A DNA stretch of 64,000 bases. It comes from the human T2T-CHM13v2.0 reference genome, Homo sapiens. How positions within the stretch are numbered: position 1 is the stretch's first letter; each line of letters begins with the position of its first letter. Both the position numbers and the translations under genes were made by a program. The stretch lies in NCBI RefSeq assembly GCF_009914755.1, contig NC_060939.1; one strand, written 5' to 3'. This document shows, piece after piece, positions 14,171 through 26,515 of the stretch. The notes beneath the pieces were generated by a model that searched no databases, was not told the origin of the DNA, and worked only from the letters and a program-made list of their open reading frames with translations.

Positions 14171-16419
14171 ACCTTTTCTCAATGCAGGGAGCAGAAAAGA
14201 GAAGAACTCCCTTAAATTAATAAAGTTCTTGGCTGTGGCTCCATCCCAGTTTATGTGCTCAAGTTGAGACCAGAACAGCCTGCTCAGGGAGCTACAGGTT
14301 GAAGAGCTGTCAGGGAAAACAGAACAGCGTCAACCCACACACAGCCCCCTTTCTGCTTCCTAGAACCTGGTGGTGGATCAGCTGCCACTATCCACAGCCA
14401 CCCAAGTCCTAATGCTCTCTCGTGTTTCCTCATCTTAGTGCTAGTGCACTTGGCAGAGCTGATGGCTCTGATTCCTGTATTTTGAATCCTGTAATAGCCC
14501 ATGCTGACCACACTTGGGGTCAGGGGATATAGATAAAGGGGCACTGGGTGGCTTCTCTTCTCCACGGAGCCTTGAGATCGAGTGCTTCTAAGTCCTGAAG
14601 GTTTGCCTATCTTATCTGGGAAACCAGTAATAGGAAAGAATAACACCCCAGCCGGTATCTCTAACCCTCACCTTGCAACAAGTGTAAAATGAGAAGGGGA
14701 GGGAAGATTCGCCCCAAAGTCTCACGAGATGGGGCCTCCAAGGACTTATCAGGAGCTTGCTAAGCAGGTAACTCTGTACCGGGGGCTCCAGCAGCAGCCG
14801 GGGAGGAGAAGGCTGATAATGGGATTTGCGTTTACCCAGCAAAACCAACAGGGAGCAATCTTCAGTGGGTGGAGGAAGAATGTGAGCTCACGATAGCCCA
14901 GGTCCGGGGAAGCTGCTCCCTGCCAGCCTAGCTCATAAGGAAGTTGTTTATGTTTTCTGTTTGCCAAAAAACCTTTGTGCGCTGCTGAAACCTGTTTATC
15001 CTGAACTCCTAACAATCAACGCATGGCAACCAGTTCTTCAGATGACAAGTCCTTTTGTTAATGAGCAAGGAATGACTGACGAGGCCCTGCTGCCTGAAAC
15101 CCCTTAGCTGCATGGAGTTCTGTGGATGGAGGTTGAGAGGGCTGCTTCGAAAATAACTCTGCTTTCTCACTCTCCATTCACCCATGTGCCCCAGCTCTTG
15201 ACATGTGAGCAACCTATAAGCATGATTGTTATGAGCATGTCTCATTTGGGGGGTGCTGAATTTAGTTCCTCTAAAAAGTGCCATTGCTCCAGGAGAAGCA
15301 AATGCACCTCTATTGGACTCTTATAAAACTCAATGTGAAGAGCATTATAAAATACCTCAAATTTTGTCCACATATATACACTCACATGCATAAAACACTT
15401 TATGTCCTGTTTAATGTATGCATGCACAAACTTAGGCACACATATGTATTTGTGGTTTGGGGATCAACCGAGAGCAAGGTAAATTAGGGAACATGTGAAT
15501 TGGCAGTGTTAAGCAATTTGATAAAAGTGTTGATCAAATCCCATAAGGGTGTGTGTGCTCAGGGTGGTGCTATGACGCGTCTTCAGTGTGTGTGAGACTA
15601 ATGCCAGCGCATGCGTCTGCCCTCTCATCTCTCACCTTGTTGTCTGTTAAAATCTCATCTCCCACACCTGCCAGGCAACCTCCCAGTTGCACGAGGGCTG
15701 TCATTGGTTGGTGAGGATTGAGAAATTTTGATTTGTTTGTTGTTTTACTGGTATCTGTTGTGAACCAAAAGTTAGAAAATATTCCTTGAGTCCTTGTGAA
15801 GGCTCAGAAAGAAACAAGAGCCGGGAAGAGCAGCAGAGGGGTGTTTGGGGGAAGTTGTGAAGAATTCCAGGGGTCATGGGGTTTAAGAAATTCTGATCTT
15901 GGAACAGAAACAGACCCCAAACATGTCAGAACTGCATTTCAGGAAAAGAGCTTAGGAAAGAAAGTTTCTCAGGTACAAATGAACTGATTTTCCCTGAGTA
16001 ATCTTGTGCGTTGCACAAATAAGAATGATCATACCTGCGTTCTGTGGTTGAGGTACATCCAGGTTCAGCTCGACTAGCTGCAAGGTTTGCTGAGTCAGGG
16101 GAAAGGCTGTAGGAAACCCCCTGGTCCTCAAAACCCCCCTTGTTCTCAGACCAGCCTCACGTCTACCTCTATAAGTAACAGGTTGAGTTCTCAGAGAAAA
16201 TACATTGAAGAAGACTTGATGTACATGCTTTTACTATGATGGGCAAGATTCATATAAAAGACAATGCATTTGGGGGAAGACTTGCACAATATAGAATTGC
16301 TTCTGAAATCAATCAAACAAAAAAGCCCACAACAACACAATCGCCCCAAGCTTTCTCTCCTTTCTGTCCTAGCACAACTTATCAGAGGCAGGGGTGATAT
16401 GATGATATGTATTCTTTAC

Positions 16420-16544
16420 TAGTGAGTACAGTAGGACAGGGAGTGTATCTGTCTGGCTCAGTGTTATAGTCACAGAACCCATCACAGTGCCTGGTATACA
16501 GTAGGTGCCATTTTATTGCTCATATTTGTTGAATCAATCAATCA
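16420..16544 (+). mobile_element. L2 3' fragment
   Basis: cacagtgcctggtatacagtaggtgc...atatttgttgaatcaatcaat. Confidence 0.75.
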
Positions 16545-16906
16545 CTCATACAAGGGAGAGCACCCAGCCCCAGTCTTCATTAAGTGCTTGTCCACTAATT
16601 GAGGCAAAGAAATCATACCTGGTCCATTGAAATTTGGGGGCCCTATTTTTACCACAGAAACACAGGAGCAAAGGGTGAACTCTGTACTGAGTTTTGAAGG
16701 CAGCAAGGTCTGAGGAAGCAACTGCGCAAAAGGCAGAACGTGACAGTGAGAATTCCTCTTGGAGAACATCCTATCCATAGACTCCCCCGGAGGGACTGCC
16801 TGCAGAACTGTCATTGGCCAATTTCAATGCGTGTTACAGATTCATAGCACAGTGGATGATGAGCTATATTAATCAGGAAGGAAGGAAGAAAGAGTAAAGA
16901 AAAAAT

Positions 16907-16934
16907 ACACACACACACGCACATACACACATAC

Positions 16935-16976
<42 letters not shown>

Positions 16977-16989
16977 GGAGAGAGAGAGA
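16907..16989. repeat. Compound (CA)n(GA)n microsatellite
   Basis: Direct reading. Confidence 0.95.
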
Positions 16990-17679
16990 AACCTAAAACT
17001 GTGAGCTTCTTCTCAGCCTGGTCTTCATTAAGAACTTCAAACCTGGCGATGGGCAGATTTGCCCTGTGGTGGGAAGGAGGCCTCAGTTCATCCAGTTCTT
17101 GATAACAGTTGCTAAGCCCAAGTTTGGGCAGGACTGTTCCAGAGGCTGGGCCTGGCTATGTCAGGGTGTTGCTGTGGGTATGGGGGAAAAATAGAGAGGC
17201 AGCTAGGGATAAGAGGTGCTCAAGAAGTCTGCTGTACTCTTGGCAAGCCAAACTCTGGTTCTTAAAACTAAGAAGTCATAGAGAAGTGAATGGGGCTTGT
17301 AACCGAGGGCAATTTTTAATTATCAGTTAGGAATAGACTACTACAGGCCACAGATAAGGTGTTAAACAGATGTTCTTTTAATAGTTATCCATATCTTTCT
17401 TTTCTTGGCCAGTAACACTTAGCTTGGCTGGTTTTCTTCTCCTGTGTTGCTGGAGGTGGGGCAGAGGTGACTGGGGACTCTAAGAATCTGACAGTAACAC
17501 CATCCTCAGAAACAGTGATGGAGTAATGCTTGGGTACCAGCATTCAAGACTCAATCAACTTTGGCCAAGGCCAAGGGCAACCTCTGCTACATTGCTCTCT
17601 GCTCTGACCCCTGCCTACCCACACAGCCCCTACAGATACATGTAGCAGGTGGTGACACAGATCCCATACACGCACATCT

Positions 17680-17770
17680 TGAAGCCCGTCCTTTGTGTTC
17701 AGTATTGCACCCCAGGCACCTGGCACACAGCAGTGCCCCAAAAATGTGTCAAATGTTGGATGACTGGATT
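17680..17770 (+). mobile_element. L2 3' fragment
   Basis: cacctggcacacagcagtgcccc...aaatgttggatgactgga. Confidence 0.55.
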
Positions 17771-19596
17771 AAAATATTAGGAGGCAGGATACCTACTTTA
17801 TGTTATAGTTGCCCCTACCAAATTTCAACTCACTATAAAATATGTGAACACAACTTAAAAAAAAAGTATTTATTCTCCAGGAGCTTTATAAGAGGCAGGA
17901 TACATAGGTAACATGTTCTTTATACTTTGATGACAAAAAGAAAAATGAATGTATTTTCTCATTTCAGGATAGGAGAAAGTCATCCTTCTTTTGAGTTTTA
18001 CCTCTTAAAGATAATCCCCTTCTCACTCTCCAAATGTCACTTTCCAACATTTCTATGTTATGGGAATAGGTGATTTCTTTGTAACTTTTCCTGCCTTGCC
18101 ATTTCTCCAAATCTTGCTAATCTGCTGGGTTTGAAGCTCATGCATTTGTTTTTCCCATCTGCCTTAACACCTCCTTGCTGACACATGCCCAAAGGTGCTC
18201 AGCATAAAAAGGGAGTGGTCTTCACAAACATAAACTAGGTGTTCCCTGTTCAAATGCAAACTTGACAGGTATTCTCACAGGGAATACTGGCACCTTTCCC
18301 TCAACAGCTGTACAAAAGGTTAAAACTTGTTCCTGGCAAACACAGTTACACTAATGCATCCTACATGGATTGTCCCTTCTTGTGCTTCACTAAGCTCTAA
18401 TTGCAATCATGTTGGACATCAACTGCTTACTGTAATGTTTCATAATGTAAAGTGCACTCCAGGATTCAGTGGTGCTTTCTTCGAGTTAAAGCATGATCGT
18501 GGTAACGAAATGACTACAAAAATTGACACACATTCTTCAATGGATCATCTTTCTTTGGAGACAAAGACAAGTTGTGACTCCTCCTATTATTGAGGATTGA
18601 ATTTAGTTTTATGCACTGTCAGCAGCCACCTCAGCTGCATTTGAACAATTTGGGGACAAACTATCTTGGGGCTACAAATATGGCAACCCATATTCACAGA
18701 TGATGTATCATGATGATGCCTTTTACGTCAGTTCATAATCATCAGGGCTGAGGAAATTTTGTTTTGCTTTGTTTCCTAAAATCTTTTAAAATTTTATTGC
18801 ATAAGAATATCATAACATATAAGTCAACTGAGAAATTTAGTAGTAATCCTGTAACACTAAACACATTAGCTGCTTCCCTCCTTCCCCTCATCTCATAGCA
18901 TTGAAATCTGTCTGCATACAAGCGGGAGTTCTGCCTACAAGTTGGTCCCCACATTTTCTGTATTGCCACTTTATCATAATGAGTCATAATGTATTATCAC
19001 ACAAGGATCATCCATCTTGACCACTTCACTGTGGCTCAGGAGCTGTGAGGTCCACCAAACCACTCAAGATTTCAGGGCTTTATGCTTTTAAGATCCAGAA
19101 CCACAGGCATTGTTTGAGGCACTTTCTGCAGAAGGTGTACCGCATCTTTGCCTGCTTTTGCAGGCCTCAATGGACAGACAGCCGTAGTTCACTAGGCTGA
19201 TTCTCTCTGTTCATTTATTCAGGTTTCCAAGAGCTCCATCCACCTTCTCTGACGTCTTCCCCAGTCATTCCTGCCCCTAAGATTCTTCCTGTCCCTTCAA
19301 CTCCTGAAGGTCCCACGGTCAGCATCTCTCACTATCTCCTTTTGTAGCTAAAGTATAGATGCTTCGTTACCCTAACCAAACTCTGTTGCTTTAGAGTGAG
19401 GAATCTACTTTAGACTTCTTTGGAGTCCCAGGATATCTGGTGCACAGTAAGTATTAATGCATATTTACAGATGGATCTGAATAATATTTTTGAGATAACC
19501 ATCAAATGGAAAGTAAGTGAAAATAACATAGAAAATGTGAAAGGGAAAAAGACCTCATGGTATTAGCTCAAATAAGGACAGGGACCACATCTCATC

Positions 19597-19750
19597 CCTT
19601 AAGTGACTTAATCTCTCTGTGCTTCAGTTTCCACATCCAAAAAATTGAAATCATAATAGAACCTACTTCATAGGCCGTCATGAGGATCAAATGAGTTCTT
19701 ATGTGTTAAGTGGTTAGAACAGTGTCTGGCATGCAGCAAATGGTACGTAT
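19597..19750 (+). mobile_element. MIR SINE
   Basis: aagtgacttaatctctctgtgcttcagtttccacatc...taatagaacctacttcatagg...gaggatcaaatgag. Confidence 0.88.
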
Positions 19751-20549
19751 TTTTAAATGAAAATAAAAATTAAGTAACATGGTAATGTCCAAATCTAGGG
19801 TAGTACCTGCCACAGAGTAGCTGCTCAATAAAGGCTGAACTCAATTACTGTCTGTTTTGTGACACTTGCACCAGCATGGACCTGGGAGGGAGCAGCAGCT
19901 GGGACCAAGGGGCTGGCTGGTGACAGTATCTTCCAGGAGAAGTGTTTGGGAAAGCAGTAAGCTCCACACTCCAGTTCAAAGGCTCTGGAAGTTACCAGGT
20001 TCTGCCACAAACTCGTTTGGCTGGAGTGCTCCCAGGTCTGGGATGTGTGGCTTTTCGGGTTAGTCCAAGGCACAGTTGCCGGGCACCCTGGCGCTGATGG
20101 CTGCTGGGGAGAGGGGGACAGCCCGGAGCTCCGCCTCCCACTAGCAGCTCAGAGCCGGCACGGAAAGTTACTGCATGTGAACGTGGCAGGAATGATGGAA
20201 AGCCCAGGGCTGCCAAGTGCTGCAATCCCGGGCTGCGTTTCTTATGCTCACAGGCACCAGCTCTTCAGGGAGTCTAGTCTATACACGCTTCCTGCGCATA
20301 ACTGTATTCTTTCAGCAGTTACTATGCTTTGGCGTAGAGGGAGGAGACAAAAGTTTGAGGGAGTGGCAGTGAGGCATGAGCCAAGATCCCATACACAATG
20401 TCTTCCTTGCCCTAAGATGTTCCTAAGAAGAACTTATAATTTCACCCACTGTATTGTGTATCTCTGAACTTTCATCGAATATATATATATATATTTTTTA
20501 AGAAAATACCTCTTTATCAAGTTCAGCCCACCAGAGGCTTCCATTTGTC

Positions 20550-20840
20550 TATTTGCCCATCCATTTTTTAACAAACATCTCCTAAGCATCAATTATCTGT
20601 CAGCTACCCAACTAGGCCCTGGAAACCCAGAGAAGCTCATAGTCCACTGCGGAGCCAGAGAGTAAATTGTTGCTATATAACATGAAGGGCTATAACCGGG
20701 GCACACACAGAGAGCTACCTGGCAGAGAATTATTTCTGCCAGGTGGGGACAGCAGCCTGCACAGGCTTGCAGGGGTGCCTTGTTAGAGCTGGGCTTTGAA
20801 GAATGACTCCAGTGGGGAGGTCACCAGGTGAACAAGTGGC
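20550..20840 (-). mobile_element. L2 fragment
   Basis: aacaaacatctcctaagcatc...ctaggccctgg...gagctgggctttgaagaatga. Confidence 0.6.
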
Positions 20841-20919
20841 CTAATTAGGCTATGATGTACATTTATCATCTTTGTCCCACACCTGCTTTTTAAGCGAGGC
20901 TTTAAAAATACAAAAACAG

Positions 20920-21560
20920 ATTGTGGGTTGGGGAACAGTATTGTATCAATGTTACATTCCCTGATTATGATCATTGTACTGTGGTCATGGAAGAGAAAGA
21001 CTATGTTCCTAGGAAATCTACACTGAAAAAGAGTAAAGGGTGGGGGCCGGGCGCAGTAACTCACACCTGTAATCCCAGCACTTTGGGAGGGCGAGGCAAG
21101 CAGATCACCTGAGGTCAGGAGTTCGAGACCAGCCTGGCCAATACGGTGAAAACTCATCTCTACTAAAAATACAAAAATTAGCCGGGCGTGGTGGCAGGCA
21201 CCTGTAATCCCAGCTACTCAGGAGGCTGAGGCAGGAGAATTGCTTGAATCCGGGAGGCGGAGGTCGTGGTGAGCCAAGGTTGCACCGTTGCACTCCAGCC
21301 TGGGCAACAGGAGTGAAACTGTGACTCAAAAAAAAGGAAAGCGGAATGTTCCCTCCATGTAGTACCCATAGTATGTGTATACTCCCTCTATAATAGTATA
21401 TATAACAGTATTTATACATGGGGATGAGAATGATAAGCAAGTAGAGCACAAGGTTAATAATTAGTGAATCTGGATAAAGGGTGGGTGGGAGTTAGTTATG
21501 CTACACTTGCAACTTTTCTATAAGTTTGAAATTATACTAACACAAAATGTTAACAAAAAT
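20920..21560 (+). mobile_element. Ancient L1 (L1MC3/4-like) 3' end, split by an Alu
   Basis: tatcaatgttacattccctgattatgatcattgtactgtgg ... gtgaatctggataaaggg ... cttgcaacttttctataagtttgaaatta. Confidence 0.8.
21045..21335 (+). mobile_element. AluS
   Basis: ggccgggcgc start, cacctgaggtcaggagttcgagacc, short A tail. Confidence 0.97.
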
Positions 21561-21609
21561 GTATAAAATACAAAAGATACTAAATCAGCTTCTAAAATAC
21601 CAAGATGCA

Positions 21610-21926
21610 GGCTGGGCGTGATGGCTAACACCTGTAATCCCAGCACTTTGGGAGGCTGAGGTGGGCAGATTGCTTGAGCTCGGGAATTTGAGACCAGCCT
21701 GGGGAACATGTGAAACCCCGTCTTTACTAAAAATACAAAAATTAGCTGGGCATGGTGATGTGTGCCTGTAGTCCCAGCTACTCAGGAGGCTGAGATAGGA
21801 GAACCACCTGAGCCTGGGAGGTGGAGGTTGCAGTGAGGCGGAGGTTTCAGGGAGACAAGACTGCATCACTGCACTCCAGCCTGGGTGATGAGCCAGACCC
21901 GGTCTCAAACAAACAGAAAGAAATAC
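21610..21926 (+). mobile_element. AluJ-like with 17-nt internal tandem duplication (21818-21851)
   Basis: ttgcttgagctc J-type left arm; TSD aataccaagat at 21596-21606 and 21927-21937. Confidence 0.93.
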
Positions 21927-22006
21927 AATACCAAGATACCAATGCCTTTTATTACCATCATTCTGAAAAGGATCAGCAATTTTAAAACATAATTTTAAAA
22001 CAATTA

Positions 22007-22294
22007 TTTTTTGAGGTGCAGTCTCGCTGTGTCACCCAGGCTGGGGTGCAGTGGCAAAATCTTGGCTCACGGCCACCTCCACCTCCTGGGCTCAGGTGAT
22101 TCTTCCATCTCAGCCACCTGAGTAGCTGGGAGTACAGGCATGCACCACCACACCTGGCTAATTTTTGTATTTTTAGTAGAGATGGGGTTTCACCATATTG
22201 GCCAGGCTGGTCTCGAACTCCTGACCTCAGGTGATCCACCCGCCTCAGTCTCCCAAAGTGCTGGGATTACAGGCATGAGCCACTATGCCCGGCC
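22007..22294 (-). mobile_element. Alu (S-type left arm)
   Basis: Antisense dimer ending gcccggcc. Confidence 0.96.
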
Positions 22295-22699
22295 ATGTCA
22301 TAATCTTTGATTGCAAGGTTGCAGCTACCCAGTGAGACCCTGGAAACCCTGAGGAATGCCGTGTCTTCCCTGTGTCTTGCCTCACTTATTCACTCCCTTC
22401 TTTTTTTCCCTGAAACCTTGAAATTTACAGTGTAAAAGAGCCAGGATAGCAGTGAAGCCCACCACAGGTGTGCTCTGCAAAGTCCCTGAAAGAGGAGGGC
22501 CCAAAAGATGTTGCTTGCCTCTCTGCAGTGTAGGGACCCCCAGGAATCTGGAGAGGGGTCAGTCTAAAATATTTAAAATTCTTTAGTAATGCCCAGGAGG
22601 GGGCAGTCAGCTTAGCAAGGATTTGGGATCTATCAGCAACTACAATTCTATTGCACTTGCTTATGATACATTTTTAAAAGCAGAAAGCAAAAATTAAAA

Positions 22700-22935
22700 A
22701 TAATAACAGCAGCAGCTAATATTTACCCAGGGCTGATATACCCTAGGCACTTGTCTAACTACTTAACATGGACATCTCATTGATTCCCCCATGAAAGCAC
22801 CATGAGGTAGGTACTGCTAATGTTCCCATTTAACAGACAAGGGAACTAAGGCCCAGCTAGTCAATGGTGGAATTGGATATAAGCACAAGTGGCCTGGCTC
22901 CAGAGCCAGGCTGTTGCCCATAACATTATGTTGCT
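22700..22935 (-). mobile_element. MIR SINE
   Basis: catgaggtaggtactgct...cccatttaacagacaagggaactaaggc...ctggctccagagcc. Confidence 0.8.
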
Positions 22936-23479
22936 GTGGGCTCTGGTTACCGCTTTATGTGAATATGGACAAAGGATACAGAGGGGGATGAAAGCAGTAT
23001 GATTAGTTGGGGTGGCAGGACCCCAGTAAGTTTACTTTTATTTTGATGTTCAGTGTTATTTAGGTATTAAATAATTTTTTAAAATCAAAACTATTGGTTG
23101 ATCATTTTTGACCCAGGAGACGCAGTTTGAGATATGTGTGCCTAACATAGAATCTTTATCACTAAATAAGTTATAGCTTCTCTGTGACTTGTTTTCTGTA
23201 TCTGAAATATGAGATGATAGTTGCCAACATTTTCCCACTAAAATTCTTGCTCGAAGGTTGGAATTCTGTGTATGGTATGTGGAGGACATGGAGCAGGTGG
23301 AGAGTAGGGGGTGGGAAAGGGTGGGGAGGCCTATGGTGGGGTGACTGCAGAAATACTCTATAGGACAATTACTCACTGGTGGAATCAAACATTATGCATG
23401 AGGCCAGGCTGTGCTTTCTATTTATAAGGTATTGTTCAACATTGGAAAGAAACATCAGATCTGAATTAGGGTTTTTATT

Positions 23480-23555
23480 TTTTCCACCTTTCCTTCCTTC
23501 TTTTTTTCTCTACATCCCTCTCTTCTTCCCTTCCTGTCTTCCTTCTTTCTTTTCC
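23480..23555. repeat. CT-rich low-complexity tract
   Basis: Degenerate (CTTC)n. Confidence 0.75.
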
Positions 23556-23741
23556 TGGACCACTGGAAGCAATGTTTGGTCATAGTTATATATTTTATCT
23601 GATAGAAGAGACTAGCAGAGACTTAGACCATAGAGAGTCAAGAGGCCTAAAGACCTTAGCATATCTTCCTTTGAATCCAGGGACACGACCCGCTGATATA
23701 AGTTAACCTCATTACCACATGTATGGAAGAGGTCCTCTTCC

Positions 23742-23884
23742 ATTTGCTGCATATATATATATATATATATATATATTTGCTGTATGTGTGTGTATATATA
23801 TATATAGTATATATATATTTGCTGTATATATATATATTTGCTGCACATATATATTATATATACACACACACACAAACACACACA
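23742..23884. repeat. Compound (TA)n/(TG)n/(CA)n repeat punctuated by four ATTTGCTG units
   Basis: ATTTGCTG at 23742, 23775, 23817, 23836. Confidence 0.92.
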
Positions 23885-24569
23885 ATTATTCATTGGAAAT
23901 GTATCTACAAAAGGTAAATTGTTTGAGGTAAATAAAGGGACATGCTACTATGGCTACAAACTATGTTGGTTAGTTGGTATTTTCTTCCTGGTCACCTTTC
24001 AGGCAATTTGGATAGAAAGCACAGCTTTCATTTCTGTGTAACATCCATCTGTGTTCAAAGATGCTTTTGAGAGGGCCAAGGGAACAATGATTTAATGCTG
24101 TCAAGTGCTTTGAGATCTCAGACAAAGAAGCTCTGTAAATACTGAGCATTAGCAACCCCAGTATCATTCCCCTCAGTATTATCAAGGCTTTGGAAAAATT
24201 AACCAAGAAATGGGCCCTGGCATATTGAGAGCAGCAATCGTTTCTGGAAAGCTTTAAAGACCCTCTACATTGGGAAATGTAGGGCTTAGTGAAAACACTT
24301 GCCCAAGAACTACTTTTCTTCGTTTGCAAATTCAAACCACCAAAGACTAAAACCCGCTACAATGTGGAAAAGAAATAATTAGATTAAAGCTTTTCAACCA
24401 AGCTCCAATGGAGAGAGGGCAAGGGATTGTGGGTGTGCATGTACTTAAGAGACACAGACATACAGAAAGACACAGACCGGGCTTCAGAAAAACAACAACA
24501 ACAACAGAAAAAAGGCTTTTGTCCATGTTTAGATTTACCACAAAAACAAATCTTTTTTTTTGTTTTGTT

Positions 24570-25185
24570 AAGTAAAAAACTTATTCATTATGTTTGGTGA
24601 GGTTGTAGGGCAACAGGCACTCACATACATTATTGGTGGCCACATAAACTGGCAAAGTCTCCATGAAGGACCACTTTGCAACGTCCATTAATATTACAAA
24701 TGCATTTACCATTGTCCTACTATTCCGCATCTAGGAATTTATCCTGTACCTCTATTTGCATATGTACAAAATGGTTCATGTTTGAGGATATTCACTGTAG
24801 CTTTGTTTGTATTTGCAAAGCCTGAAAACAAATTAAAAATTTATTAGGGGATTAAATAACGTCTGGTGTATCATTAAAATGGAATATCATACAGTTGTTA
24901 AAAAGAACAAGGAAATTGTGTACGAAATTGCTATGGAATTATCTCTAAAGATGTGGCGTGAATTGAAAAAATCAAGATGCAGACAGTGTGTACAAACAGA
25001 TATATTTGAATATGTATGTTTGAATTCATCATGCTAACATATTTATAGAATGGATTTTCGGAAGGCTGCATAAGAAATTGGTAACTGTGGCTAAGGCATA
25101 AGGCTTACACCTCTAACTTTACATCCTTTCGTACCTTTTGAATATTGTATCATGTACCTATGTGTCCTATTCAGAAAACAAAATA
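24570..25185 (+). mobile_element. Ancient L1ME 3' fragment
   Basis: ctaggaatttatcc, ggatattcactgtagctttgtttgta, atggaatatcatacag..gttaaaaagaa. Confidence 0.8.
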
Positions 25186-25656
25186 ATGCTAATGGTGTAT
25201 GAAACCACTGATTAAACAACAAAGTGAAAATATGAGCTTTGTAACATTTTCTAGGGATGGGGGTCGACAAGTTGTGTCTTCAGAGCTCCCACGTTCTTCC
25301 TTCCTCAGCAGGGACAGGCTTCTCAGCACGCTGCTGCCTCAGGGAGCCCAAAGGGACACCAGGAATGCTCAGCCTGTGTTAGCTCACGACTATTTCCCTG
25401 CCTCTAACTTCTCTAGTTCCCCACAGTTCAACCCAGGGTGGGTAGCCTGGTGTCTGTTTGAGCTCAACCTCCCCAAACCAGGAAGCCCACAAGCTGCACC
25501 AGTCACTGTCAAACAGCTAGCTGAGCATACAGGGAATTCCCCTCTTGGAACTGACAGGGAAAATGATCCCTAGGGATTAGGGCCTCCACTGGGCTGTGTC
25601 AAACATATTTCATAGTTCCTGCAACTCTGACCAGGGATCGTTTTGAAATTCGGGTT

Positions 25657-25689
25657 TTGTTGTTGTTGTTGTCGTTGTTGTTGTTGTTG
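25657..25689. repeat. (GTT)n microsatellite
   Basis: Direct reading, one GTC variant. Confidence 0.92.
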
Positions 25690-25789
25690 CAAGGAACAAA
25701 GACTCACCAAACTAAAGGGTGATTCTTGCAAGAATGCACATGGAGTAATATGAGTAGCCGCGTTCTCATGGAATTTAATAAGAATTATA

Positions 25790-25930
25790 AAACAACAACC
25801 TCAAAAATATCATTGATGAACTACTTAGCTGCCCAGCATGGTGCTCAGTGCTTTGCGTGGATTGTCTCCTGTCAACCCCATCATAAACCCATGAGGCTGT
25901 CGCTGTTATTACCCCCATTTGATAGGACAT
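25790..25930 (-). mobile_element. MIR fragment
   Basis: ggtgctcagtgctttgcgtggattgtctc...aacccatgagg...ttattacccccattt. Confidence 0.75.
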
Positions 25931-26397
25931 TTGGGCTTGTAGAGGTCACTGTCACCAGAGTGGGTGGGCCGCACAGAAACAGGATCGGGAAAATCTGCTG
26001 CTCTCTTGCTGTCCCTCTCGTGGGCAGAACAGTTTCTCTGCCTTAAGGTTACTGCCTTTCCCTGGATGTTTGCCTCTCAGTTCTGATAGTAACTGACTCA
26101 CTCACTCACTCACCACCATTGGGCTCATTCATAGACTTTGCTTACTTATAACAGCACCTTCTACAGAGGGATTCACGACCTTCTCCACCTCAAATCTCTG
26201 TGCTTCAGCTGCTGCCTACCTGCCTCCTCCTGTTCAGATTTCCCCAAGAGAGGACTTGAGAGATCACCCTTCTGTTGGAGGCCAGCCACTTCACTGGTCA
26301 CCTCCTGACCTTTGGCTTGGGCATCCCACCTCGGGTTCCCATTTTGATTCATTCCTCTGTGGCTGAAGGGTAACAGTCCTCATGGGCTTCATCTTTT

Positions 26398-26515
26398 CCT
26401 TCACTCGTCAGATATTCTTGGAGAACTGACTTTAAGCCAGACATTGGGTTGTGGGTGGTGGGGGGAGGGTACACAGTGATCAGCAGAGCAAAGAACTTGC
26501 TCTCAGTGGCTCTTA
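26398..26515 (-). mobile_element. L2 fragment
   Basis: ttcactcgtcagatatt...gccagacattg...tacacagtgatcagcag. Confidence 0.5.

Noticed and set aside
20717-20744. 10-bp inverted repeat acctggcaga/tctgccaggt
   Set aside because: About one such stem is expected by chance in 64 kb; it lies within decayed L2.
23742-23884. Repeat-spacer pattern as a CRISPR-like array
   Set aside because: The repeat is only 8 nt, spacers are simple TA runs of unequal length, there are no cas genes and the DNA is primate.
25532-25541. Palindromic NF-kB site GGGAATTCCC, plus scattered AP-1, STAT (5293) and MARE-like (16088) motifs
   Set aside because: Isolated short motifs at frequencies compatible with chance.
25600-26380. 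Possible ancient MaLR/ERVL LTR around the MIR
   Set aside because: Only faint motif similarity; family and ends cannot be supported without RepeatMasker.
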